From contig CAXXVZ010000004.1 of the NCBI GenBank assembly GCA_963678065.2, positions 224,001-288,000 of the forward strand: a stretch of DNA of 64,000 nucleotides. Reading direction: 5' to 3'. Positions 30,022-39,721 of the stretch are shown here, one piece after another. A program made the translations under genes and the position numbers. Source of the DNA: Treponemataceae bacterium (GTDB taxonomy: Bacteria > Spirochaetota > Spirochaetia > Treponematales > Rectinemataceae). The notes below the pieces were generated by a model. The model was not told where the DNA came from. It did not search any database and saw nothing but the letters and a program-made list of their open reading frames with translations. How positions within the stretch are numbered: the stretch's first letter is position 1; each line of letters starts with the position of its first letter.

Positions 30022-30996
30022 TCACTGCCCGAGAAGATGGCTCTGGTACTTTTCCGCGAACAGCGCGGGTTGCCCGCCCGTGTTCCAGAACAGGATGGTC
30101 TCGTCCTTGCGGAAATAACCCAGGCGGATGAGGTCGATGAGGCCGGCGGCCGCCCGCCCCGTGTAGACGGGGTCGAGGAGGAGGCCCTCGTACCGCGCGA
30201 AGAGCTGCACGGCCTCCCGCTCCGCCGGAGTCAGGACGCCGTATCCGGCCGAGCAGTAGGCGTCGGTCGCGAGCACATCGCCCGGCCCGAACGCGATCCT
30301 CTCGCCCAGCAGTTCCGAGGCATCCGAGGCGAGGGCGGACACGCGGGCTTTCAGCCAGCTCTCCGACTCGTCGATGCTGATTCCGAGCACCTTTCCCGCA
30401 TAGCCGAAGACGCGCGAGCCGAGAACGAGTCCCGCGTGTGTCCCGCCGGAGGAGGTGCCGAAGACCATGCAGTCGGCGCGAAGCCCCTGGCGCAGGAACT
30501 CGTCCACGGCGAAGGCGTAGCCGAGGGCGCCCGTCGGGCTCGATCCGCCGTATGGCACGAAATAGGGCTTTCCGCCCGAATCCTCGAGCTGTCTGAAGGT
30601 CTCCTTCTGGACGCGCTCGCGGTCGGCCCGCTCGGCGACCCATACGATCCTGGCCCCGAACAGGGTATCGAGGAGAAGGTTGGCCGAGAGTTCGGAGGGT
30701 TTTTCTCCGTTGAGGACGAGGACGCAGTCGAAGCCGCCGCGCGCAGCAGCAGCCGCGGTCTGGCGGCAGTGGTTGGACTGCGCAGCTCCCGCCGTGATGA
30801 GGGTGCGCGCCCCGCGCCCGCTCGCCTCTGCCACGAGGAATTCGAGTTTGCGCGTCTTGTTCCCGCCGAAGGCGAGCCCTGTCTGGTCATCTCTCTTGAC
30901 GAAGATCCTCGGCCCGCCGAGCAAATCCGACAATCGCGGCAGCTCTTCTATCGGAGTCGGCAGATGGGCGAAATGACTTCTCGGTACCGTTTTCAT
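30022..30996 (-). CDS. D-cysteine desulfhydrase-family PLP enzyme
   Basis: PTPIE, KRDD, GGNKTRKLEF (PLP lysine), QSNH, SGGT and DPVYTG motifs. TAATG coupling to the upstream gene. Confidence 0.88.
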   Translation of the reverse strand: MKTVPRSHFAHLPTPIEELPRLSDLLGGPRIFVKRDDQTGLAFGGNKTRKLEFLVAEASGRGARTLITAGAAQSNHCRQTAAAAARGGFDCVLVLNGEKPSELSANLLLDTLFGARIVWVAERADRERVQKETFRQLEDSGGKPYFVPYGGSSPTGALGYAFAVDEFLRQGLRADCMVFGTSSGGTHAGLVLGSRVFGYAGKVLGISIDESESWLKARVSALASDASELLGERIAFGPGDVLATDAYCSAGYGVLTPAEREAVQLFARYEGLLLDPVYTGRAAAGLIDLIRLGYFRKDETILFWNTGGQPALFAEKYQSHLLGQ

Positions 30997-32066
30997 TAGT
31001 CCCTCGGATATTGTTCGTAGATTTTTCCGTCCAGGAAAGCCTCGGCCGCGTCGGGAGCGAACTGGCTTCCCATGCAGGAGGCGATCTCCGAAATGGCCTT
31101 TTCCACGGGAAGGGCGGATCGGTAAGGGCGGGTAGAAGCCATGGCGTCGAAGGAATCTCCGACGGCGATGATCCTCGCGAGCGGGTCGATGGCCTCGCCC
31201 GCGAGCCCGTCGGGATAACCCTTGCCGTCCCAGCGTTCGTGGTGCTGGCGGACGGAAGGCAGACAGGGCGCGAAGAATTCGACGTGGGAGAGTATCTGGG
31301 CTCCCGTGACAGGGTGCTGCCGGATGAGCTCGAACTCCTCGGGCTCGAGCTTCGTGCTCTTGTTGAGCACGCTCTCGGGGATGCCGATCTTGCCGATGTC
31401 GTGCAGGAGGGAGGAGTACTCGAGAATCTCGATGTTCCGGGCCGAGAGGCCGAGCACCTTGGCTATGCCGACGGCGACGAGGCGGACCCGCTGACAATGG
31501 CCCCTTGTGTACTGATCCTTCGCCTCGATGGTCTCCGCGAGGACCTTGACCGTCTCCATGTTGGTCCGCCGGAGCTTGACATAGGCGTCGTTGAGCTCCA
31601 TCGTCCTCGCCTCGACCTTGAGTTCGAGCTGGAGGCGGTATTCCTCGTTGCGGCGGGCGAGTTCGGCGTTCTCCATGAGAAGCTCGCGGTGCGAGAAGGC
31701 CCTGTCTATGGCCTGGAGCAGTTCTTCGAGCCGGACAGGCTTGACGAGATAGTCGAAGGCTCCGTCGCGCATGGACTCAATGCCGTTGGAGAGGTCGTTG
31801 AAGGCTGTCAGCATTATGACGGGGACGGTCGGATTCCGTTTTTTGATGTGAGGAAGCGCCTCGCGGCCCGTCATCACCGGCATCCTTATGTCGAGAAGCA
31901 CGCAATCGGGGTCGAAATTTCCCGAATCCAGGGCATCGAGGGCCTCGCGGCCGTCGCGCGCGACGGAAACGGCGAATCCGGATTTTTCAAGTCCGAGCGA
32001 GAGCACTTTCCGCATCGCGGCGTCGTCGTCGACGACGAGAATATGGCGCTTGTCCGTTGGATCCAT
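30996..32066 (-). CDS. Response regulator with HD-GYP phosphodiesterase domain (RpfG-like)
   Basis: REC domain (VDDD, LLDIRMP, KP), coiled coil, HDIGK and HHERWDGKGYPDGL. Confidence 0.93.
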   Translation of the reverse strand: MDPTDKRHILVVDDDAAMRKVLSLGLEKSGFAVSVARDGREALDALDSGNFDPDCVLLDIRMPVMTGREALPHIKKRNPTVPVIMLTAFNDLSNGIESMRDGAFDYLVKPVRLEELLQAIDRAFSHRELLMENAELARRNEEYRLQLELKVEARTMELNDAYVKLRRTNMETVKVLAETIEAKDQYTRGHCQRVRLVAVGIAKVLGLSARNIEILEYSSLLHDIGKIGIPESVLNKSTKLEPEEFELIRQHPVTGAQILSHVEFFAPCLPSVRQHHERWDGKGYPDGLAGEAIDPLARIIAVGDSFDAMASTRPYRSALPVEKAISEIASCMGSQFAPDAAEAFLDGKIYEQYPRD

Positions 32067-32283
32067 GGTTGTCCTTGTCCGTCGATTCCGGCTTTCGGAA
32101 AATCACTGTCACTTTAGTGATCGTCATCTCACACTCATAGTTTAGTATAAAAATAATCTTTGAGGTACCACCTGCCGATAATTTCATCGTGATTTGTACA
32201 AATAGCCCGATACCATTGGGTTTTTACATATGGTATAGTTTCTGCGATCCGCCTGCGAGGCGGATGGGTTCAAGGGGGATTTG

Positions 32284-35200
32284 ATGATTCTGGACGCAAC
32301 ATCGCTGGTGCCCGCACTGTCCTTCCTCATATACATCCCATTCGCCATTTTCGGACTCTACAATCACAAAGAAAAAGTAAATATCTATTTTTTGGTCTAC
32401 ATGTCTTTCATGGCCCTGTGGAGCTTCGGCTCCTTCATGATGCACGCCAATACGGGCATCTTCACGCCCCTCATCTGGAACCGCGTCATGCTGATCGGCA
32501 TGCTCGGGGGGCCGATCTCGATTTTCGGGACCCTCATGGGCCTGTCGGGCGCGGAGAAGCAGCGCTACAACACCATTCTCTACATCGGTTACGCGATCTA
32601 CATCATCCTCCTGTACTTCAATCTCTCCGGAGGGATTGTCTCCGACGCCGGATTCGACGCGAACGGTTTCCACTACACCCTCGGCAAGGGTTCGTTCATC
32701 GCCTACTCCCTCTCCTATTTCTATCTGATACTGACTATCTTCCTCCTCACCCGCCAGCTGAAGGCGAACACGAACCGTTTCGCCCGGAAGACCCTGAGAC
32801 TCGTCACCGCCGGAGCCTTCATCATGCTGGTCGGCATCGCGGTAAACCTCTACGCCCCCCTCGGCCGCTACCCCATCGACCTCTTCTCCGCCACTATCAA
32901 CGCGGCCATCATCTTCTATGCCGTCTACAAGTACCGGCTCGCAAACTACTCAGCCGTCGTCCTCAACATACTTCTGATCATCTTCGTGGCCGTCCTCAGC
33001 GCGCTGGTATTCGCGGTGATATTCCTCGTCGTCTTCCATCTCGAACGCGCTATCCCCTTTCAGAACATCTTCCTGTTATCCCTCATCCTCGGATTCATCT
33101 CCTCGGTGATTCTGTCGCCGCTGCGAAACACCACTCTCATGTTTCTGGAGAAGATATACGGCGGAAAGACATTCAACTATTACAAGGGCCTGCGCGACTT
33201 TTCGGCCAGTCTCACCTCCATCGTGGACCTCGAGACTCTCGGAGACCTCACGGTGGAGAAAGTGATGTCCACCTTCAGCCTGGAATGGGCCTGCATGCTC
33301 GTCAACGATTACGGTTCGCGGAGCTACAAGATCAATATGGCCAAAAACGTCCCTTTTCGCGGCGGGACGCTGGATGGGCACGTCCAGAATGTCTCGCTGA
33401 AGCGTTCGGAAGAGCTCACCAAGGAGTTCGGCAGCCACAGCACCCAGGTGAAAGACAACATTCCCGCGCACAGGTCGAAGGGCAGCCACAAGATACTCCT
33501 CACCTCGATGGATCAGGGCGAGGAGGAGGTCGAGGTCAGTCTCATCGTGCCTCTGCGCTTCAAGGAAAGGCTAAACGGCTTCCTCATTCTCGGCCCGCGC
33601 TCCGACAAGGACTACTACAACCAGTTCGACACCGACATCCTCCAGCTTCTTTCGGACCAGTGCTCAGTGGCCCTCGAGAACGCGATCTCCTTCGAGCGCC
33701 TGCGCCAGCAGCAGAAGCGCCTGCAGTACGTGAACAACGAGCTGGTCATCAGCCGCAACAAGCTCGAGGCTTTCTTCGACGGCATCACTACCCCGATCGC
33801 GATCCAGGACATCAACTACAACATCGTCGCGGCCAACTACGCCGCGAGGCGGTACTTCGAGCTCTCGGACGACAGCCTCGTGGGCAAGAAGTGCTACAAG
33901 GTCTTCTTCGACCGGGACCGGCCCTGCAACGAGTGCATGGCCCAGGACTGTCTCCACTCCCGCCTGCCCTTCACGGCCGAGCGTCAGGACGCGAAAGGCC
34001 TCATCACCTTCGCCCTCAACTTCTACCCCATTCCCGTGCCGAAGGATTCGACGATGATCTTCCTCGAGTTCTTCCAGGACATCACGAAGCAGAAAACCCT
34101 GCAGGAAGAGCTCATCCAGTCTGAAAAGCTCGCCGGAATCGGAACTCTCGTATCCGGAATAGCCCACGAGATCAACAACCCTCTGGGCGGAATCATCGGC
34201 ACGGCGGAGCTCATGCTCCCGGAAACCGGGGAGGGCACGAGTCTCAGAGAGTATACGACGGACATCATCAAATACGCCCAGACCGCCGCCGAGGTCATAT
34301 CCGACCTCATGACCTATTCGCGCAAGACAAAGACGGGCTCCGAACCGGTCGACGTCACCGAGATACTCGAGACCTCGCTCAAGCTGGCCATGCGTGGAAT
34401 CGATTTCGGCAAGATCACGATAAAGAAGAACTACAGCCAGATCGATCCGGTTCAGGCCAACTCGACCGAGCTCCAGCAGGTTTTCCTCAACCTCATCGTG
34501 AACGCCAGCCAGGCCATGGACGGGAAAGGGAGCCTCACCCTGGAATGCCTCCAGGAAGATGGCGACATCTTCGTTTCAGTCCGGGATACGGGACACGGCA
34601 TCGACAAGAAGAATCTCGACAAGATATTCAACCCCTTCTTCACGACGAAGGAGCCGGGAGCGGGCACGGGGCTCGGTCTCAGCATCGCCCACCACATCGT
34701 GTCCAAGCTGGGCGGCCGCATTCTCATCGACAGCAAGGAGGGAGAGGGAAGCATTTTCCGCGTCATGCTCCCGGCGGCCGGAGGAGACCGCGAGCGCCTG
34801 CGCTTCATCCACGCCACCGAGAAGCGCGAAGAGGAAGATTGTTTCTTCATCCAGCGAAAAGTTCTGGTCGGCGAGAAGGGTTACCAGGAAGAGACGATCA
34901 GGAGGAAGGAAGACGAGAGAGCCTTCCACGTCTCGGCCTACAAGGGCATGCAGCCGGTCGGTACGGTGACCCTCATCACGAAAAACATGGCGGGACACGT
35001 TCCGATAGAGGAGAATTTCGACATCAGTACCTGGCTCGACGACTCCAACTACGCGGAGATCGATCGCCTCGCTGTCATGAAGGAAGACAGGGGAGGTATC
35101 GTTCCCTTGAGCCTCATGACCCTCGCCTACCTCTACGCGCGAGCGGAAGGGGCGCGCAAGATCTTCCTCGATGTGTTCTCCGACGAGACGAAACTCATAA

Positions 35201-35451
35201 AGATGTACGAAAAACTCGGTTTCCAGACCATCGGGAACTACAGCGCGCCCCTGCCCTGCACGGTCATGATGATGGACCACCAGTCAGAGTACGAGAGCAA
35301 GGCGACGCGCATGGAACACTTCGTCAAGCCATTTTTCTCCCGCCTTCAGCCGAGGATCGATTTCCGGGGCCACGACAGGGAGATGGTTCAATCGGTGATC
35401 AACAGGATCTCGCGCAATTTTGCCAGGGAAACAGAGGGCGAACAGGAATGA
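32284..35451 (+). CDS. Membrane sensor histidine kinase (multi-TM, GAF, Cys-rich PAS, HisKA, HATPase) with a C-terminal FeeM/LuxI-like GNAT domain
   Basis: About ten N-terminal TM segments, GAF (LIVPL..GFLILG), [28 protein letters not shown] and GTGLGL. About 220 extra residues follow with VGTVTL, EIDRLAV..RG and MYEKLGF. Confidence 0.88.
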   Translation: MILDATSLVPALSFLIYIPFAIFGLYNHKEKVNIYFLVYMSFMALWSFGSFMMHANTGIFTPLIWNRVMLIGMLGGPISIFGTLMGLSGAEKQRYNTILYIGYAIYIILLYFNLSGGIVSDAGFDANGFHYTLGKGSFIAYSLSYFYLILTIFLLTRQLKANTNRFARKTLRLVTAGAFIMLVGIAVNLYAPLGRYPIDLFSATINAAIIFYAVYKYRLANYSAVVLNILLIIFVAVLSALVFAVIFLVVFHLERAIPFQNIFLLSLILGFISSVILSPLRNTTLMFLEKIYGGKTFNYYKGLRDFSASLTSIVDLETLGDLTVEKVMSTFSLEWACMLVNDYGSRSYKINMAKNVPFRGGTLDGHVQNVSLKRSEELTKEFGSHSTQVKDNIPAHRSKGSHKILLTSMDQGEEEVEVSLIVPLRFKERLNGFLILGPRSDKDYYNQFDTDILQLLSDQCSVALENAISFERLRQQQKRLQYVNNELVISRNKLEAFFDGITTPIAIQDINYNIVAANYAARRYFELSDDSLVGKKCYKVFFDRDRPCNECMAQDCLHSRLPFTAERQDAKGLITFALNFYPIPVPKDSTMIFLEFFQDITKQKTLQEELIQSEKLAGIGTLVSGIAHEINNPLGGIIGTAELMLPETGEGTSLREYTTDIIKYAQTAAEVISDLMTYSRKTKTGSEPVDVTEILETSLKLAMRGIDFGKITIKKNYSQIDPVQANSTELQQVFLNLIVNASQAMDGKGSLTLECLQEDGDIFVSVRDTGHGIDKKNLDKIFNPFFTTKEPGAGTGLGLSIAHHIVSKLGGRILIDSKEGEGSIFRVMLPAAGGDRERLRFIHATEKREEEDCFFIQRKVLVGEKGYQEETIRRKEDERAFHVSAYKGMQPVGTVTLITKNMAGHVPIEENFDISTWLDDSNYAEIDRLAVMKEDRGGIVPLSLMTLAYLYARAEGARKIFLDVFSDETKLIKMYEKLGFQTIGNYSAPLPCTVMMMDHQSEYESKATRMEHFVKPFFSRLQPRIDFRGHDREMVQSVINRISRNFARETEGEQE

Positions 35452-35548
35452 GCGGGACCGGACCGGAGCGCAGACCCTGAGCGCGGAAGGAACCGGCGCG
35501 GGAGCCGGGACGAGTGGGGCGGGCAAAACGCAGATACGGCAGAGGTAA

Positions 35549-35585
35549 AGAAGAGGGACCCGCCGGAATGGAGGGTCCCTCTTCT
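35549..35585. terminator. Hairpin between convergent genes (probable bidirectional terminator)
   Basis: AGAAGAGGGACCC-N11-GGGTCCCTCTTCT, a perfect 13-bp stem. Confidence 0.75.
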
Positions 35586-35599
35586 AACGCTCAGCGCAC

Positions 35600-35637
35600 A
35601 TCAACAACCCCGTAGCGCGCTGCGGGGTATGAAACCC
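35600..35637 (+). repeat. IS200/IS605-end-like or REP-like palindromic element
   Basis: TCAACAACCCCGTAGC-GC-GCTGCGGGGTATG, with the stem at 35607-35628. Confidence 0.45.
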
Positions 35638-35646
35638 GCCTGCGAA

Positions 35647-36282
35647 TCAGGCTGCGGCAAAAATGGATGCGACGACTTCGGCCGCGCTCGCGGCATCGGC
35701 CGTATAATAATCGGCTCCGATGGACTGACGGTAGGAGTCGGTGACGGGGGCTCCTCCGATCATGATCTTGATGCTGCCGCGGATCCCGGCTTCATCGGCC
35801 TTCTGGATTATGTTCTTCATCTCGGGCATGGTCGTGGTGAGGAGTGCCGAGCACATGATGATGGACGCGCCCTGCTCTTTCGCGGAGGTGATGAACCTGT
35901 CCGCCGGAACATCGGTGCCGAGATCCACGACCTCGACGCCGCGGCCTTCGACCATCATCCGGACGAGGTTCTTGCCGATGTCGTGGAGGTCGCCCTTGAC
36001 CGTGCCGATGACGACCTTGCCCTTGGCCTTGACACCCTCGGAGACGAGGAAGGGTTTGAGGATGGCCATTCCGCCGTTCATGGCGCGCGCGGCGATGAGG
36101 ACTTCGGGAACGAAGACCTCATTCTTCTTGAACTTCCCGCCGATGACCGTCATGCCGTTCATGAGGGCGTCGAGAATCTCGCCCGCGCCGATCTTTGCGT
36201 CGAGGGCGGACTGGACTCTTTCCTTGGTTTCCTTCAGCTTGCCAGCCTGCAGGAATGTGGAAATCTCTTCGAGTACGGACAT
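35647..36282 (-). CDS. Corrinoid (B12-binding) protein of a methyltransferase system
   Basis: Cap domain FVPEVL, then GDLHDIGKNLV, SALLTTT and GGAP motifs. GGGAGG RBS. Confidence 0.95.
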   Translation of the reverse strand: MSVLEEISTFLQAGKLKETKERVQSALDAKIGAGEILDALMNGMTVIGGKFKKNEVFVPEVLIAARAMNGGMAILKPFLVSEGVKAKGKVVIGTVKGDLHDIGKNLVRMMVEGRGVEVVDLGTDVPADRFITSAKEQGASIIMCSALLTTTMPEMKNIIQKADEAGIRGSIKIMIGGAPVTDSYRQSIGADYYTADAASAAEVVASIFAAA

Positions 36283-36462
36283 GATTGCCTCCCAAATGAC
36301 CTTTCTGACGTTCTTCCGGAGGATGCTTCTGGCAGCATCTCTTTTTTCTTAATAATAATAAATGCGCATTTTCCGGCTGTCTCTCATTTTTTTATGAATT
36401 GCGACAGTCCTATCGTAAAATATTCGTATACCGCGGATTAAAGCCAAAGTATCATCGTGACC

Positions 36463-38325
36463 ATGGAACACCGAATTTCCGGCCTGCGCGGAGAGAAGCT
36501 TTTCGAAGCCCTCGTCAAAGCCGGCCTTCCCCTGGAATCGCCCTGCGGAGGCGCGGGAACCTGCGGGAAGTGCCGCGTCCGCGTCCTGTCCTCTGACCTC
36601 GATGAGCCTGCCGGCAGCTCCGCTTTCGCGGGCGGAGCCGATCCTTCGCAGGAAGCAAAGACCATCTGGACGGAGAGGCTCTCCTGCAAGACCCGCTTTG
36701 TCCGGGACGGCTTCGCCCTCGTCGACGTGGAGGAGAAGGCCATGCGCATCGTCGACCGCTTCGAGCTGCCCATGCCGGAGGGCGCCGCCGCGCTCAAGGT
36801 CTTCGATGTCATCCTGCCCGAGCCCCGGCTCGAAAACTCAGGGTCGGAGCTCGCGCGCCTGGAAGAAGCGACAGGCATCCAGGCGGGATCCTCCCTCGAG
36901 CTGCCGAGGGCGCTGGCCCAGGCATTGGCCAGGACAGGGACCGCGGAGCCCGGCGCCGCCGATACCGCCGCGCGGGAGCTCCGTCTCATCCTGCAGGAAG
37001 GGGGCCGGCTCTCCCTCGCTGGCGGCAAGGATGTTCCGGCCCTCGCCGCCGCCGTCGATATAGGGACGACGACAGTCGCCGTCCGCCTCCTTAACGCCGG
37101 AACGGGAGAGGCCATCGCCTCGGGAGCCCAGGCCAATGTCCAGAAATGGGCGGGGGCCGATGTCATCTCCAGGATTGGCACCTGTGCCTCCCCGGAAGCC
37201 TTTTCGCGTCTGTCCTCCGGCATCGCGGCCCAGATCGGCAAGATGATTCTCTCCCTCGCCGCAGGAGCGGGAAGAGCGGCTTCCGCGGTGAAGCGCATCG
37301 TCATCGCCGGCAACCCCACGATGCTCCACATCCTCGCCGGTGTGTATCCCGCGGGCATAGCGCGCGCGCCCTTCGTCCCCGTCTTCACGGGGGCCTTCGA
37401 CCTCGCGCCCGCAGACTCGCCGCTCGGCGGACTCTTCGGCGGAGACTGCCGGACCATCCTCGTCCCGGGCATCTCGGCCTACGTCGGCGCGGACCTCGTC
37501 GCGGGGGCTCTCGCCTGCGGACTCGGCCAGGGGCCATCGGAGAAGGAGCCCGCCCTCCTTCTCGACCTCGGCACGAACGGCGAGATCATGCTCTTCACGC
37601 GGGCCGGATCTTTGTGCACATCGGCCGCCGCGGGGCCGGCCTTCGAAGGCGCCTCGATCGAGTTCGGCCTACCATCCATCCCAGGCGCGATAGACCATGT
37701 GCGGCTCGAAAACGGCGGAATCGCGACGACCGTGATCGGCTCGGGCGCAGCGACGGGCATCTGCGGCTCGGGAATCCTCGACGCCGTCGCCGCCCTTCTG
37801 GACTGCGGGGCAGTGGACGAGACGGGCAGGATAGATCCGGATGGCGCTGCCGCAGCCGGAGCGGCCGGAGATCATGCCCATCTTGGCCCGGAGTGGCTCA
37901 CGGAATACAAGGGCAAGCCGGCCGTCATCCTCGACCGTACATCGCGAATTCTCATAACCCAGAACGATCTGCGACAGGTTCAGCTCGCCAAGGCGGCCGT
38001 CGCCGCGGGCGTGGATATCCTCCTCGCCCAGGCCGGACTGACGGCCCGCGAAGTGAGGACCGTCTACCTCGCGGGCGGATTCGGTTCCCGCCTGGACGCC
38101 CATTCGGCCCTGAGGATAGGATTGCTCCACAGGGACTTTGCCGGACGCATCGAGGCGGTGGGCAATTCTTCCCTGGCCGGCGCGGAAATCGTCGCCCTCC
38201 GCGGAAATGCCCTTGAAACCTGCTCCCGCATCGCGCGGGAATGCCGCGCGATCGAACTTTCGGGACGACTCGACTTCGTTTCCGCTTTCTCCGAAGCCAT
38301 GTTCTTTCCCGAATCCGAATACTGA
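36463..38325 (+). CDS. ASKHA-type reductive activator of corrinoid proteins (RACo) with N-terminal 2Fe-2S domain
   Basis: CGGAGTCGKC...RLSC, DIGTTTV, GADVISRI, DLGTNGE, AAGPAFEG and AGGFG motifs. Alternative GTG start at 36457. Confidence 0.9.
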   Translation: MEHRISGLRGEKLFEALVKAGLPLESPCGGAGTCGKCRVRVLSSDLDEPAGSSAFAGGADPSQEAKTIWTERLSCKTRFVRDGFALVDVEEKAMRIVDRFELPMPEGAAALKVFDVILPEPRLENSGSELARLEEATGIQAGSSLELPRALAQALARTGTAEPGAADTAARELRLILQEGGRLSLAGGKDVPALAAAVDIGTTTVAVRLLNAGTGEAIASGAQANVQKWAGADVISRIGTCASPEAFSRLSSGIAAQIGKMILSLAAGAGRAASAVKRIVIAGNPTMLHILAGVYPAGIARAPFVPVFTGAFDLAPADSPLGGLFGGDCRTILVPGISAYVGADLVAGALACGLGQGPSEKEPALLLDLGTNGEIMLFTRAGSLCTSAAAGPAFEGASIEFGLPSIPGAIDHVRLENGGIATTVIGSGAATGICGSGILDAVAALLDCGAVDETGRIDPDGAAAAGAAGDHAHLGPEWLTEYKGKPAVILDRTSRILITQNDLRQVQLAKAAVAAGVDILLAQAGLTAREVRTVYLAGGFGSRLDAHSALRIGLLHRDFAGRIEAVGNSSLAGAEIVALRGNALETCSRIARECRAIELSGRLDFVSAFSEAMFFPESEY

Positions 38326-38347
38326 ACCGCGATGAGATGAAAGGAGA

Positions 38348-39721
38348 TTGCCGGTGAATCACGAGTCCTTCGCCCCGGACGGACTGTCCGCCGATCCCGC
38401 TCCGAACGAAACCGCAGCTCTCCTGGAAAAGACCGCCCGGACGTATGCCCTGGCGACAAACACACCCTGCCACGCCGTCGACCCCGACGGACGTTTTTTC
38501 GGCTCCGACTCGAAATCCATACGCTGCGGGCTCTGCATGGCGACTGGCCCCTCAGGCTGCGACGACGAGCGCCCCTCCTCATCCTGCGACGAGGTCCTGC
38601 GCTACGGAATTCTTCAGGCGGAACGATTCGGCGGCGCCTATCTCTCTTTCTGCCCGAACAGCCTTCTCATTACCACGGCCGTCGTGCGCAAGGAGGCCGA
38701 AATCGTGGGCGCCCTCATCGCGGGCCCCGCCCTCCTCGTCGACAAGGACGAGCTCATCAGCGAGGAATTCGCGCGGATACACGGAGAGCTCGCCCCGGGA
38801 ATGCCGGGCCTCATGGACCGGCTCGCGACCATGCCGAGCCTCGACACTCTGCGGGCCAAGGCCCTCGCGGACATGCTCGAGGCGGCGGCCAGGGACGCGG
38901 GCGCGGAGCTCGAAGGCCGGGTCGATCCCAGGATCGAGGCCTCGCGCCGGAACGCGCGGATAGCCGAGTACATCCAGAGCCTCAAGGCGGCGGGCCTCGA
39001 CTCCGGCGACGGGGAGGAGAATCTGCGCGGCTATCCCTTCGAGAAAGAGAGGGAACTGGTCGCCTTGGTCGCGCGGGGAGACAAGGCCGGAGCGCGGAAG
39101 GTTCTGAACGAAATTCTCGGCGCGGTGTTTTTCGAGGGAGGAGGCGCCCTGCAGGGCGTTCGAGCGAGGGCTCTCGAACTCGTCGTCCTCCTGTCGCGCG
39201 CCGCGGTGGAAGGAGGGGCGACGGCCCAGGAAGTATTCGGGGCGAGCGAGGACTTCATCAAGCGCACGGCGACGGCGCGGAGCGTCGAGGATCTCGCCTC
39301 CTGGCTCGCCGTCGTGCTCAACCGCTTCACCGACTTCGTCTTCACCCTGAAGAGGGCGAAGCACGCGGACACCATCCGCAAGGCGGAACGCTTCATCAAG
39401 GAGCGCTACCGCGAGGAACTCACGCTGGAGGATGTCGCGAAGGAAGTCGGGCTTTCGCCCTCGTACTTCAGCTCGGTCTTCAAGAACGAAGTCGGGACGG
39501 GCTTCGCCGCCTACCTGAACGAGGTCAGGATCTTCAAGTCGAAGGAGCTGCTCAAGAACCGGGCCATCCCCATCGTCGAGGCGGCGGGCATGGTCGGCTT
39601 CCTCGACCAGAGCTATTTCAGCCGGGTCTTCAAGTCGATAGTCGGGGTGTCGCCGGGCGCCTACCGGAACGGGCGCTTCGCCCCCGACTCCGGGATAGAG
39701 ATACACGGAGAGAACGCATGA
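38348..39721 (+). CDS. PocR-sensor/AraC-family regulator
   Basis: Cys-containing PocR-like N-terminus (CGLC..C..AERFGGAYLSFCP), YPFEKE, and AraC HTH GFLDQSYFSRVFK. Confidence 0.85.
   Translation: MPVNHESFAPDGLSADPAPNETAALLEKTARTYALATNTPCHAVDPDGRFFGSDSKSIRCGLCMATGPSGCDDERPSSSCDEVLRYGILQAERFGGAYLSFCPNSLLITTAVVRKEAEIVGALIAGPALLVDKDELISEEFARIHGELAPGMPGLMDRLATMPSLDTLRAKALADMLEAAARDAGAELEGRVDPRIEASRRNARIAEYIQSLKAAGLDSGDGEENLRGYPFEKERELVALVARGDKAGARKVLNEILGAVFFEGGGALQGVRARALELVVLLSRAAVEGGATAQEVFGASEDFIKRTATARSVEDLASWLAVVLNRFTDFVFTLKRAKHADTIRKAERFIKERYREELTLEDVAKEVGLSPSYFSSVFKNEVGTGFAAYLNEVRIFKSKELLKNRAIPIVEAAGMVGFLDQSYFSRVFKSIVGVSPGAYRNGRFAPDSGIEIHGENA

Noticed and set aside
30022..30996. ACC deaminase call
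   Set aside because: It has DPVYTG and WNTGG where true ACC deaminases have DPVYEG and HLGG, which fits the D-cysteine desulfhydrase-like group.
36283..36462. Cobalamin riboswitch near the corrinoid genes
   Set aside because: The region is short and AT-rich with no recognisable B12-box. An Infernal search would be needed to exclude it formally.
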